Origin: Eledone cirrhosa
Taxonomy: Eukaryota
Direction of reading: 5' to 3'
Length of the DNA: 64,000 bases
Assembly (NCBI GenBank): GCA_964016885.1
Contig: OZ024742.1
Location: forward strand, 157,604,001-157,668,000
The translations under genes and the position numbers were made by a program. Below, piece by piece: positions 1 to 13,600 of the stretch; within the stretch, counting starts at the first letter, position 1; each line of letters opens with the position of its first letter. The notes beneath the pieces are model-generated. The model searched no databases, was not told where the DNA came from, and saw nothing but the letters and a program-made list of their open reading frames with translations.

Positions 1-74
1 AGTATGTATAAGTATGTACAAGTAACAGCCGTACTAAGAGTGGGAAATGAAATATCGTTTCATTTTTTTTCCGT

Positions 75-187
75 TTATATATACATACATATACACAAAC
101 ATATACATACATATACATACAAAAATATACACACATAAAACACATATACACACAAACATATATATATATATATATATACATATATAT

Positions 188-252
<65 letters not shown>

Positions 253-285
253 TACACATATACACATATACAAACAAATATATAC
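75..285. repeat. (TA)n/(CA)n compound microsatellite
   Basis: Directly visible dinucleotide runs; they explain the YIYI/HTHT ORFs. Confidence 0.95.
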
Positions 286-289
286 GCTA

Positions 290-960
290 AGTCCTTCCTT
301 ATTAATGCTAGTGAGTGCAGATTCTGTAGTTTTCTTGTATTTTGTTGTGCAGTTCATGGCGTATAAAGTTATTGTATATATTGAGGCTCATGGTGTATAC
401 GTTTGATGTTTTGTCCGCTATTACTATAACACCGTTGGTGTTGCGTAGTTCTTTTAGTAGTACATTGACGTTGTTTTGCAGTTTGTTGTGATGGGTCTGT
501 TTTTTAATTTGGTTCTTCCACTTATCATGTTCATGAGTCCGAGTCCGAAGGCAACGAGCTTGAGGTTATTCGGTGGATTTTTGCAAGATTTGAATCCGTA
601 TTTTTCCCTAGTAAATTCCTCGTGTAGGCCTTCCATCGGATTTGACGGATGAAGTCGTTAGTACGCTGTATCATGGCAAGTGTATAGTCCTTGTTTGTAG
701 TTATAGTTATGTTTTTCAAGGACATGCATATGTGGTGCTTTTCCATGTTAGTGCCGTGCGTTAAGGTTGTCGCTCAACCTAGTGGGAGCTAGGTATGTGG
801 GATAACAAGTTATCACTATAGGTAATCCAGTTAGAGGTGGTGAGTACTCTGTGTCGTGGGTAGTTTTAACATATAGCTTTGTTTGACTCAACAAGATGTT
901 TCCATAGATAGGCAGCGAATTCGCAGGAATACCTATGCAGGTTATACTTGGAGTAATAAT
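290..960 (-). mobile_element. Penelope-like element 5' fragment (frameshifted N-terminal ORF region plus partial pLTR)
   Basis: ORFs 531-746 (SLKNIT...FIRQIRWKA) and 454-636 (YGFKSCKNPP..LVAF) match the typical PLE N-terminal motifs SLKNIP / RMRWKA / YGFKS-PP; a 3' half of an HHR-like motif (hairpin-GGAAACATCTTGTT) lies at ~885-940. Confidence 0.65.
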
Positions 961-985
961 AGTGTAAGAATGAATTATATATATA

Positions 986-1059
<74 letters not shown>

Positions 1060-1062
<3 letters not shown>

Positions 1063-1290
1063 ATATATAAGATCAAAAGATGATTAAAAGGGTGCCATGT
1101 ATTTTATTATGCGCATTTCAAAAACAAATATCATCATGCAATAATATTTGTGTTTTCATCAGATAAAATAGGAAGACATGATATGAAGGTTAAAAAACAC
1201 TTGTGAATAGTGCAGTTTTGAATCAACATATGAAAAGTAGACTTAGATTGATGTGTGATATTGGGGGAAATAATTGTTGGGGGGGGGGGG
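1060..1290 (-). mobile_element. Solo PLE pseudo-LTR carrying a hammerhead ribozyme (copy 1; copy 2 at 11380-11610)
   Basis: Near-identical ~230-bp direct repeat of 11380-11610, inserted in (TA)n, contains an HHR. Confidence 0.75.
1100..1170 (-). ncRNA. Type I hammerhead ribozyme
   Basis: Minus strand: TATTTTAT-CTGATGA-[36-nt hairpin AAACACAAATATTATT..ATGATGATATTTGTTTT]-GAAA-TGCGCA-TA-ATAAAATA; 8-bp helix I, palindromic helix III. Confidence 0.9.
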
Positions 1291-1319
1291 GGGGGGTTGT
1301 ACTACAATAAAACTCACCT

Positions 1320-1434
<115 letters not shown>

Positions 1435-4400
1435 GGGTGGGTCTGTCAGTGTCTCTGACTGTGTGTGTGTATGATGTGTTCTGCTCTTTTGCTTTACACT
1501 CTTTTGCTCTTGATAAAATGTTAAGACTGCAGTATTGTGAATGCAATTTATTGCAGACCCAATGAGAGCAGGCCGATTAATTCACATCATTTTTCTGATG
1601 CAAATATCCACATTATAAATGGGATAAGCAGGCACGATAAACACAACATAACCTTGATGTATTTTGTAGTATTTTTGCATTGTAAATTGGGCCAGAACTC
1701 CTTTTAGTACATATTCATAAATCTATAGAATAAGATATGAGAAATTCAATTTAGTGTTGATATGATCATATTCATTGCAATAAGATATTAATTGTCGATA
1801 CACCGTATGTTAATTAGCTGATAGGGTGACCAAGATATAGTTTTATACTTTTGCCACGATGTCGGGGCGTCCATTAAACCTACAGTAGTGTGATACTGCT
1901 TCTCCATTCTAGCATCCCAGTATAGATGAAAGGCAAAGCTAACCTGTCGAGAGATGAACATATTTTTTTCGTTTTGTTTTTGTAACGAATTGGTTTCTTT
2001 TTGTAGTGCTGATAGCAAAACATCGCTTGATACCAGGTTAATGTAATATGCCCGATAACAGCGGGCTTTCATATTATAATGCATGTCTGTAATATACGGA
2101 TATGAGTCTAAACTGGCAAAAATTACTGTCCATGGAATATTTAATGCTTAATGTGGCAATCATTATAATTGATTATGCAGACATAAGTTAACCAATACAT
2201 ATATGCTTTGTCAAATATTACAAATAGTATTTCGAATGGATTCTCCTATGAATTTCAATGGAATCTGCTCTCCCTTGATATCGTAAATTGTTTCAGAAAA
2301 ATGATTTCACTCAAACCTATATTTGGCAGAATCTACATTTAACTGATGATAAATAATTCGTCCAATATTAGTTCACAACGTACGTGGACATAGCTAATAA
2401 TTTACTTCTCATTCAATGTTTCTGATTGAAAGAAATATAACACGTTACATATATAATGGGAATCCTAAATTTACACAAACAGGGCCTTTATCTTAAATAA
2501 TTTGGAAATATTTCATCATGTGTAATAGGATAAAAATTTCCTTTATTCTACTATCTTCTATTCATTTCGGGTTTTATTTAATCTAATCGAGATAATTGCA
2601 GATGATAGATGCAAGATATATAAGAAGCATCTTCTAGATTTTGTTGGTAACATCCATTGTTATTTAAGAGTTGCCGAAAGGAAAATGGAAATGGATACGA
2701 TTCTGAGATGAAAGACTATTTTTTATTCACGATAGAAACTTAATAACATAATTTAGATGTAATCTAATACTCATTTATATATGTTAGCTATATGACAAAA
2801 GACATAGGAATGCTTCCAAATGCAACTAAACTTATGTAACTATTAAGAATTAAAAGTACAAGATTTCCATAAATTGATATTGATAGTCGTCATGATCGTT
2901 GTGATATTAGAAGCAGCTGCATCAAATGACGGTTTTAATAAACCAACCAATGTTTTGCAAAAAAGAATGTCACTTCTTTAAAATATAATGAATACTGAGT
3001 CTTTACAGAGAATATTGGAGATGGCATCACAAAAATAATATTATTTTTTCAGATCTACACTACATATAATACTGTATTGACTTGTACTTTACGGTTCATT
3101 TGCAATATTTTTCATTTTAGTTGATTTCGTACATTTGAAATCACAAGGCTTGAGATTCAATCGCTCACAACCATTCTTACTTCATAGCATTTAGAAAGTT
3201 AGCTTTTAGAACTGCAGCATTTTACTTATTTTATCGCCTATCATATTTATGATGCTTCAGTGTGTTTTAGAATGTTTATCAAATGTTGAACTTTGGCGTT
3301 AAATTTTAGTAGTGTTCATCCTCATGGAAAAACGTCATGAAGTTAATTCGATCTTCAATTGCTGGTGTCGTGTCTGTTGTTAAACTAGAACCAATGTTAC
3401 CGTGATGTACGAGTAAAATATGATAATTTTATTCATTCTGGGAAACAATCCACTTACATTTCTACTGTGAAGCACCCCTAGAACCAACAGCACAGAAATG
3501 GTATTCTTGAAATGTATTTCATTGACATGCATCTTAGACTTAAAAATCGTAGCGTAACCTTGACTTTCGGGAGTGATTGTATATTACAGTATATACATCG
3601 TCTAGCTGAAAACCAAGATATCTGTGGTAGATATATGACCATTTCAATGTTGTAGCATTCGATATTTCAGCAGGATTAGCATTGAGGTTAACATGAACTT
3701 TACATATTGTTACTCTCCTATATTAAATGCGTAGTTGCGTAACTATAGGAAATAAGAAATGTATCTAATGCATCGGTTTCAAGTAGCTGTATTCTTTGTC
3801 TGTTGAATAATTCGATTTCCTTACATGTAATATAGGCTTACGATGCTGCTGTTGCCGCACCTGCTGTGGATATTGGTAACCCATTGATATTGTAATGTAG
3901 CTATGTACGAATGTCTACGTTTTTAAGCTTTGTGAATAGTGCTTTTACCCTAGAATACGGTTCGCGGAGTTCAGATGTACCTGCTCCATATGTTGAAATA
4001 ATTCTTATTGCTTCACCTTTGAACGATCAAAGGGTTTGTTGCAAAATATGAATAAAAGCATAGAAATAAATGATTGAAACTAATCTGCAAAACATCCCAT
4101 TATTCTAGTCCATTGGAAGTCATATAATCTATTGCATTTTATTCTAGCAATGTAGTAGTTCATATATGCTAACGTGTAGTCATGTGTCATGTCAGTCATA
4201 TGCTATGTATCAGACATGAAGTGGTTTGATTGTAATGTTATTGGTATTAAGAGAGAGGGAAAATAGCAAACTGTAATAAATCGTTCACAGATAGATATTT
4301 TTTGTCGTGTGCTGTAGTATTTATTGCTATTTCTTTCAACTCAAGCTGTAATGGTCCTTCTGGAAAGTATCCTTCAATCTATCATTGTATATTCAACAAT

Positions 4401-4547
4401 CATCATTTTTATAGTGTTATTAGTAGATTCATTTCATGTTATTTCCAGTTTTGCAATACTGATGCATCTATTAAATACTCTTTTTACATCATATTTATAA
4501 AACTTTATATATATATATAAAGTGTAATAAATATGATGTAGAAAGGG

Positions 4548-4640
<93 letters not shown>

Positions 4641-4653
4641 TGTTTCATTTGGG

Positions 4654-4731
4654 AGAACTGTTTCATACTTTAAAATCATCAGGATCATCATCATGAGATT
4701 CCTGATGATTTCTAAATAATGAAACAGTTCT
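4654..4731. repeat. Small fold-back with degenerate hammerhead cores on both strands
   Basis: AGAACTGTTTCAT..AATCATCAGGA / TCCTGATGATT..ATGAAACAGTTCT inverted arms; each strand reads CTGATGA-N11-12-GAAACAGTTC. Confidence 0.55.
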
Positions 4732-4829
4732 AGTCCATCTAATCTCATCTATATTAAAACATTTATACTATGCAATGTATTGAGTACCTTACTTACTGTG
4801 GTTACCTCCGATTCAACCCGGAATACCGT

Positions 4830-4864
<35 letters not shown>

Positions 4865-4941
4865 ACGAAGGAAATGTGGTAAGGAACCAGGTGGACCATA
4901 ACGCACCAAAGTACTCAAAACTTAGGGTTGTAGAGTGGGTA

Positions 4942-5020
4942 ATAGGAACAAGTAAGACCCCGACGGCTGAGCTCAAGCCGTCGAAACGGCTTGAGCTCAG
5001 CCGTTGGGGTCTTACTTGTT

Positions 5021-5025
<5 letters not shown>
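4942..5025. repeat. Near-perfect hairpin (40-bp arms, 4-nt loop), probably a snap-back of a PLE pLTR end
   Basis: ATAGGAACAAGTAAGACCCCGACGGCTGAGCTCAAGCCGT-CGAA-ACGGCTTGAGCTCAGCCGTTGGGGTCTTACTTGTTCCTAT, one mismatch; one arm recurs at 11268-11328. Confidence 0.85.
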
Positions 5026-5071
<46 letters not shown>

Positions 5072-5154
5072 TAAAAGCAGAATATCGACGGTGAAGTCGG
5101 CGTTTTCGGCTAGTTGCCTCTAGGAGACGTAACTTGCCGAAACTGGTATACATG

Positions 5155-5265
<111 letters not shown>

Positions 5266-6156
5266 TAGGTGATTTAGTGAACTATATAGAGCATTCACAT
5301 CTATATACACGCAGTACAGTATTTACTCTATGAAACTGGCAACGTTTAAGTAAATACAGACACGTTTATGTTTAACTAAATATGTGAACATGTCATATTT
5401 ACCTATTGCCTTCGTAGAGTGGAAAATCTGAATAGTTTTAACCAAATCTCTCTCCTGTTGAAACCCTCATCATGGGTGATGCAATACGGAAACAACTGAC
5501 AGAGAAATAGGTAACAAAATCCGATATGTAAACATTACATATGCTATGAATATAGAACTAGTTTTATGAATATGCATATGTCCAGTGCTTACTGTGGTAG
5601 TCAAATCAATTATATTTTATATTGTAAAGCATACGTCTGATATAATGCGTAATTTTCAGCTGCCGTCAATAGTATTACGGAAGGGCAGACGAAGGGAATG
5701 GACCTAAACCTAGATGGTTGCAGAATCGAACACCAACGTGGCACAGACGTTCGAATTTGCTACTGTTAAATGTGGTTATGCTTCGGGCTAGGGTTTTAGT
5801 GGTTGAGTATGATAACTTAACTGTGAGCCTTAGGAATATTCTGGTGATCCTAAGCGTTTTAGTAAACCTTTATCAAGAGCCCTAAACGTGTTGAACAATG
5901 TTAGTTTTAAGGCCCGAAGGCCGGGTTGCTTAAATTATAAGGCAAAACGCGCGTGTGTTTGGTTCTGTTGGTGTCGTGTTTCACTATGTGATATGTGTTG
6001 ATGAGGATACGAAGGGGGCGTTTGACTTCTAGTTGTGACTAGTGGAAATGGGGTTATGTGCCTTGGGGACGCTACGTCTGTATCTGACTCCGCCACTAAA
6101 CGTGTTGCATTGGGCTTACTACAACTAGAATTAGCTATGTTAGTGTTATCCACACG

Positions 6157-6187
<31 letters not shown>

Positions 6188-9100
6188 GGTAGATGTATGT
6201 ACCTGTGTATACATGTGTCTGTTATTGTGTGTGTTTATTTACGAATGTGTGCCTGTGTGCATTATTGTGCGTGGGTTTGTGTTAATGTGTGAATTTATTA
6301 TCATTCAAATAATCTTTCATAGGTATTATAAATCTATTTGTTAAAAATGTTTCCTCGAGGTAATAGTATGAAAATCACATTACCCGAAGGGACACCCACA
6401 CTTACACAGAAAAATACACAGAGACACTCACACACACGCATATATATATATATAAATAGACACGCATACATACACACACACATACACATACATATATATT
6501 TATGTGTGTGTGTGTCTGTGTATGTGTGTATGAATGTAAGTATGTATGTAGATATCTACGCGTGCTTACATGTGTATTTATTTTTATATTCATAAAGATT
6601 TAATCTTTATATGCGATCACACATATACATCCATAACATCATAGAAACAAGAAAGAAGACACACAAAAGTAAACACATACTCACTCCCACATACTGACTC
6701 ACATCACACACATATTTATGCATACATATATAGACACATATATAAAACAACATATAAATGTGTGTATGTATGTATGTATGTATGTATGTATGTATAAACT
6801 AGCTTGTAGTTTCACATATTGGAACGAGTACACTGATATATTAGATATTTCAAAATATACATTCAGATATACTGTTAGATTTTAAAGCATTCTTTGATCA
6901 CGAGATAAAACGATTTTTTTATATCAATATAAATGCATATACGTATAATTTCACACCAACAAATAGTATCAAATATGAATATCATTCAAAGGCATTTATA
7001 TACAACAGAAATGTCTCGTTTGTTTTTAATGCTTAGACAGTTAAAGAATCGTAGTGCTCATAATATTTTGAACGACTAATGTAAGTGGGAAAGCGGGAAG
7101 CTTCAAACCAAATAAAGTTAAGGCACACAGCAGTTGCTTTTTATCTGGGAGCTTAAGTATTTCTAACATGTATGCAAGCCGTACCAAATTACACCTATCC
7201 AATCCTCAGGAGTGAAACTTTTCTTTAAGGACCATAAGGAAGGGTGAAAATTGACCTCGGTTGCATTCAAATCACAGATTACCTGAATATCTACTCAAAG
7301 TATTTCCACAAAGCTCTGGCAATTCAGATAATTCTATATTTAAAGATCATGGAGTCGATTTCCTGCAACGAAAGTATTTTGACTGGCTGAGTAAACATCT
7401 GAAATTGATGGATATATCACTGCAAAGGAGGCAACGTAATATCAAGTGGTTAAACTATTAACGAGCTGTTAGAATTCATCTAGACATTTAAGTATAAAAT
7501 AAAGCTATTTAAACTAAATTTACCTTAACAATTTAAATCCTAAGGATCCCTAACATTTGATGCTTTGCTTAAAAGTTCCTTGTTTCTGGTAAATGAAATA
7601 CACGAGTGATTTTATTTAAAATATCCCCCTCTTAGTTTCACACACATGTTGCAGCGGTCCTTTAATTTTTCTAAGCTCTGTAAAAAGAACTATGAAAGTT
7701 GGGCCTCCAGCCAGGCCTTTGTAGCTGTGATCAAGACAGGAACTGTTCAGCAGTGCAGTCATTTCTGTTGTTTCTACTGAGTAGTTGAAGTTCTATCCTC
7801 CACCAAAATCTACAGTACAAGAGCTATATAATATTTGTCGGCGAATTACCGACTATATCTGAAGAGTGGCATCTATCTCACTCCACTATAACTTGCTACT
7901 TGCCTTTAAGGTTTGTTACTAATTTTTGAGGTTTGTTCCCTTCCAATATAACTTTGGCGTCTCGGGTTACATAGCATTTGTGCATCCATTCGACGTCTAA
8001 TAAGATAATTTACAAACCCATCACCAGTTCTTAAAACGTTGGATGTGAACAACAATAGAATTTTCGAAGAATCCACTCTGCCTAAGGCCTGGAAGGACTC
8101 TCAAGAATGATGAGGCTGTAGGAGTGTTGTTAGTATTTCTGGTCGTATTGAGGTATGTTGGTGGGTTCATCGGCTCAGGCTCCAATTTGGTACTTTCCCC
8201 TGACTCCTGAAGACTAGGCTTTTTAGAGGTGACTCCTACCTTGCTTCATCATAGTTATGTCACACGTGTATTAGAATATGTTTATGAGTTCCAATTGCCC
8301 CTTAACACACCTAGTCATCATATCTGGTGGTCGTTTCGCTATCCGCCTTTTACGACCCATTCTGGCCGAACAGCTATGCCAATAATGTTATGTTTTGAAT
8401 GAATATTTGTGTGCACGTCCAGTCTCACAATTGATATTCAATTATATGTTTGTGTGTTTGTAAAAATAGAATAAATAGACACGCACTATGATGTTAAAAT
8501 AATCGGCTTCAGGCTGAATTATGTATAATGACATTGATGCGAATAAAACAATTCTTAGAGTGAAGCATTTTAATTTACATTTAAATCGATTGTCTTATCT
8601 GAAATGAATCAAAGTGTACTTTTAAAAATACATTAAACATACTATAACCTATGTGTACTAATTTCCAATGAACCAAAAGAACATTCTTTGAATTCATCGA
8701 AGCAAATTTTCTGCGAAGCTCTGGCTTTAAAAGACAGTCATGTATGTTTACATCACTCTCTAAATTATGTTTTACCATTGCTGATCTTCCTGCGAAACTG
8801 TCATTTTTACTTGAATACAATTATAAAATTGTTAGCATTTCCTTTATTGATCGTACATTATATATTTTCATACTCATATATTAATATGATTTGCAGTTAA
8901 AAATTTACAAATGTTTAGTCTGATATTCTCTCTCGTACAATTACTAATATAAGTTTTATATATTTTTTAACGTCCAAAATCATTATAATCGTTCCGACTA
9001 TATTAAATTCAAAGGGTTCATTCCATATTTTATTTCTATCTTCTTGATTATTTCCCTTCCTTGTTGACTCAATCATTGGAGAATAATCAGTGAAATATTA

Positions 9101-9212
9101 CCTCTCTATGGCATTTTAAAGTCAAAGAACTATTTTGGAGACTACGTTGGCTATTTAATTAATAACAAAATATGATCGATTTAATCGATATATGTATATC
9201 GGAAAGGGAATG

Positions 9213-9311
9213 GAAGAAGAAGAAGAAGAAGAAGAAGAAGAAGAAGAAGAAGAAGAAGAAGAAGAAGAAGAAGAAGAAGAAGAAGAAGAAGAAGAAGAAG
9301 AAGAAGAAGAA
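9213..9311. repeat. (GAA)n microsatellite
   Basis: Pure GAA run; explains the poly-E ORF. Confidence 0.97.
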
Positions 9312-9769
9312 CCTTATTATGCTTATACCGAATTAATAGCTACAATCTTCTGCTTCAGAGAAACCGTTGAACAACATAAAATAGCATGGTTGTCGGTCCA
9401 GCATTGCTTCTATGATTCCTTCTCTCGACACTTCTCAGTTATTGTGATATTTCGTAGGTTATTGAATAGCCATCTCATAAAAGTAGTGGTTCTGAAGAAT
9501 CGTATATTCAGGCTCAGTTTGATCTTAACGTCCTTTAAGTCATGACTGTCCCTTAAAACTAATTGGAGCTCAAAGAAATTTTAGACAATACTCTATGAAC
9601 ATAATTCTATATCTGTTCAACTACTAAAGGCGTATCTTACTACTACTTGAATATTATGTTGCTTAGACAGAAACATACGCACACACATAGGCATATAGAC
9701 AGAGAAACAAACACATACACACACACATACACACACACATATACACACACACTCCCACACGTAATTATA

Positions 9770-10280
9770 ATAATAATTGTTTTTACTTTTGGCACAAGGC
9801 CAGCAATTATCCAGTGCATTTCTGGTACTTCATATTATCGACCCCGTGAGGATGAAAGGTAAAGTTAACTTCGGCGGGATTTGAACACAGAACCTGAAGG
9901 CCCGTAACTCTATGCCGCGAAGCATTTTATCCGACGCTCTACCGTTACTGCCAATAACAATGGTTTCTTATATAGGCACAAGGCCAGCAATTTTCGGCGC
10001 GGGGAAACTCGATTAAATTTACCCCAGTGCGTAACTGGTGCTTTATTTTATCGAACCCGTAAGGATGAAAAGCAAAGTTAATCTCGGCGGGATTTGGAAT
10101 CAGACCGCAAAGGGCCGTAACTCTATGTTGCAAAGCATAGCGTCCGACTCTCTACCGAAAACTGTCAATCCACCGCCCTACCAATTCTCCGATACTGCCA
10201 ATAATAATTGTTTCTACGTTTTTGGCACAAGGCCAGCAATTAGACAGTGCATTACTGGTATGTAAGGATGAAAGGCAAAG
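9770..10280 (-). mobile_element. Tandem array (~2.5 units) of a tRNA-derived SINE
   Basis: Reverse complement has an A-box-like TGGCAG..CGGTAGAG, a B-box GTTCAAATCC, the central motif GCCTTTCATCCTTACGGGGTCGATAA..GTACCAG and an (ATT)n tail; same family at 16279, 23455, 30114, 43845. Confidence 0.85.
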
Positions 10281-11094
10281 TTATAATGTTACCCATCAAG
10301 CAATTCATCTTATTTGGGGATGTATGTGTGCTTGTATCTCTTGCGTATGCGTCTGTGTTCGCGTGGCACCCAATGCCGAGTATGTAACGCCGTCTGTTTT
10401 GAATGTTTCCACCCACGACACTTCCCGGCGCTTACCATGTCTGTGCACGTAGTGAGACCACACTTTGTAGTTCAGTTGTTTGCGTTAGTACCACCACATA
10501 CTCGTGCCCGATGTCAAGTATTTTCGCCTCGCACCATAACAGGAAATGAAATATATACCTCTACGATCCTCTTCGCTATCGAATCTTTTACTATATAACA
10601 TTTGCTTTTGCTTCTACGGGTGCATATATGTGTATACAGGATTTCATATACATATTTGTACATCTCACTAAGTTGGTCATCTCACTCATGAGCGTTCACT
10701 AAGGACTTTAAATTATCACAGAAGCCAGCTCCCTTAGTTTCCAACATCGTTTGCTACATGCGCACAAGCACATATGCGCTACATACACACACATAAAGAC
10801 ACATGTCCACTGAAGTTATACCACAATTACAAACCTTTATAAACCTCTCCAATACCGATATGGCTGACTGAATACACGCGTGTTTTTTCTCAAAAATTGT
10901 TTTCCATTCCTTCCACTCACAAACTTTCAATTTCATCTTTTATTTCTCATTCTCAAAAGAAAGCTAAATTCTAATGAAAGACTGGTGTCCGAAACTTTAA
11001 TAATTTGTTCCTACCATAAGAGGCGTGAAACTAATATACTTCTTTGTCGTACTGTACTGGTTTCTTAGATTTCCATACAAACACAGACGCAAAC

Positions 11095-11136
<42 letters not shown>

Positions 11137-11158
11137 CTGCACTTACACATCTAAATAA

Positions 11159-11328
<170 letters not shown>

Positions 11329-11336
11329 TATATATA

Positions 11337-11379
<43 letters not shown>

Positions 11380-11382
<3 letters not shown>

Positions 11383-11610
11383 ATATATAAGAACAAAAGA
11401 TGGTTAAAAGAGTTCCATGTATTTTATTATGCGCATTTCAAAAACAAATATCATCATGCAATAATATTTGTGTTTTCATCAGATAAAATAGGAAGATATG
11501 ATATGAAGGTTAAAAAACACTTGTGGATAGTTCAGTTTTAAATCAACATATGAAAAGTAGTTTTAGATTGATGTGTGATATTGGGAAAAAAAAATTTGGG
11601 GGGGGGGGGG
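11380..11610 (-). mobile_element. Solo PLE pseudo-LTR with hammerhead (copy 2)
   Basis: Direct repeat of 1060-1290. Confidence 0.75.
11420..11490 (-). ncRNA. Type I hammerhead ribozyme
   Basis: Identical to the 1100-1170 motif, whereas the flanks differ by several substitutions. Confidence 0.9.
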
Positions 11611-11788
11611 ATGAACACGAGGAGGAGATCAGAGTAAAAAGTGGAGAGGGAGGAGTATAATGAGGAAGGATGAGATAGGAGGAGAGATGGGTGATAGAGA
11701 GAGAGAGATAGCTTTTATAACTGAGAGAAATATATCGTTTTACATAGAGAGGTTGAAAAACCGTTGGAAGATAGTGTATGAATTAATA

Positions 11789-11930
<142 letters not shown>

Positions 11931-12999
11931 GCATACTCAAGTATATTGGACAATCGTACAGATAAGTAGTCATGTGCTGAAAGGAATAGATATGTGTGTT
12001 AAAAGAAGCAAATTGTACGCGAATATTTCAACGAATATTCTATAGAAAGGCTTGAAACAATACTGGAAACGATACTGAAGCCATTTACAGTATGTAACGT
12101 TCTCCTAAAATTCTATACCGTTATTCTAAATTGATAACGGAGGACATCGATTCTAGATGTTGTATGTATAGGTTATCAATATTTATAAACTCACTGATAA
12201 CTATGTTGCATGTACAAATCTTCCCTCGGGTTCTCAATATATAAATACTATTTAATATAGTTCATTTACACTTATAAATAAACAATCTGCACATGGATAG
12301 TGATGTGTATTCCTATTTTAGTTTGTACGAGCCTAATATTATTAGTGTAATTAGTATATGATTGAAACCAAAAACAATATAACAATAAGAACGCATGGCA
12401 TACCTTCGGAGTTCAAATTCTATAGGTACTGACCACTAACTTAAATCTAGAAAAAAATCATTAGTAATTACCTTTGATTATATCAGTTTCTTATCGTTCT
12501 CTTATTGCTAACAAATTCATGGCCTTTAGCTATTGTAAATACTGCTTGTTTCTGTAAAACAGGCTTGTCTATTAGCAATGAATATGCGGAGTACATTAAC
12601 ATCTTAACATTGCAAAGGATGAAGGATGCTTTGAAATGTGAATTCCGACGGACAGTACATACTCAATCATCATAGTAAATATTTATTGCATTGTTACGTA
12701 TAGGAATTCGTGGTTTAATAAACACAGGAAATCATTAATTGTGTAAATTCGCTAAATTTTCTCCCATTTGGAAACATTGGCCATCTTGTCGACGGCTTAA
12801 CACTAGAATTTAGCTTTCTTTTGATAGTGTATAAGGGACAATTTTTATACGGGAGGAGATGTTATGCTGTGATTTTTATGTCTTTCTCGGTTGCTATCGT
12901 AGCGTAAATGAGATGAAAGATTATCAAACAAAGCATTAAGCATAGCTACAAATAACCCCAATAAAACCCCTTGAAAGCCGAGAACAATGTATGTATGTT

Positions 13000-13600
13000 C
13001 TAGCAACAAACAAAACAGTGACGGTAGTGATATGAAGAAACTGCATTTCCATTATATTCAACAACACACACATTTCCAACGCAGATAATGGAAAGGAGAA
13101 TCCATATACAATTCGAAAATAATTCTATTTACTAGTACTAGAGCAAATGCTGAGAAATGTATGAAACCACCTAAAACCAAGTAGTGAAGCAGAAATCATT
13201 AAGTTACTGCAGAATTTATGGAGATGGAGAACATATATTTAAGGATGGCCAATCTTATTTAAGGAAGAATAAATTTGCAAGCTGGACAGATATAGGTCTT
13301 ACATTCAAAATAGATGAATCCATCATTGTAAAATAGAAACGGACATGAAATCCACACACAGCAGAACAACTTCCAGACAAATGTGACATGAACATATACT
13401 CCGGGATAACAAAGTAAACACTAATGAACTGGAGGAAATCTAATCAATTAGCTATTTTGTGAAAGACTACTAGGGCAATACAGAGCCTCTAAGGAACAAA
13501 TTATACCTAGCAAATGATAATGTACCTCTCATACAAATGGAAAGATTAGCTAGATATAAATACCTACTGAAATAAAAAACAGAAAACATACAACGTTTGG
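13000..13600 (+). pseudogene. Highly decayed LINE RT fragment (possibly R4/Dong type)
   Basis: Residual DIGLTFKIDESIIV (compare DIGMxFGLDKC) near 13290 and YKYL near 13555 in A-rich sequence. Confidence 0.3.

Noticed and set aside
9770-10280. Repeat-spacer-like array (CRISPR?) or tRNA genes
   Set aside because: Units are ~170-190-bp SINE copies without unique spacers or a full cloverleaf; eukaryotic context
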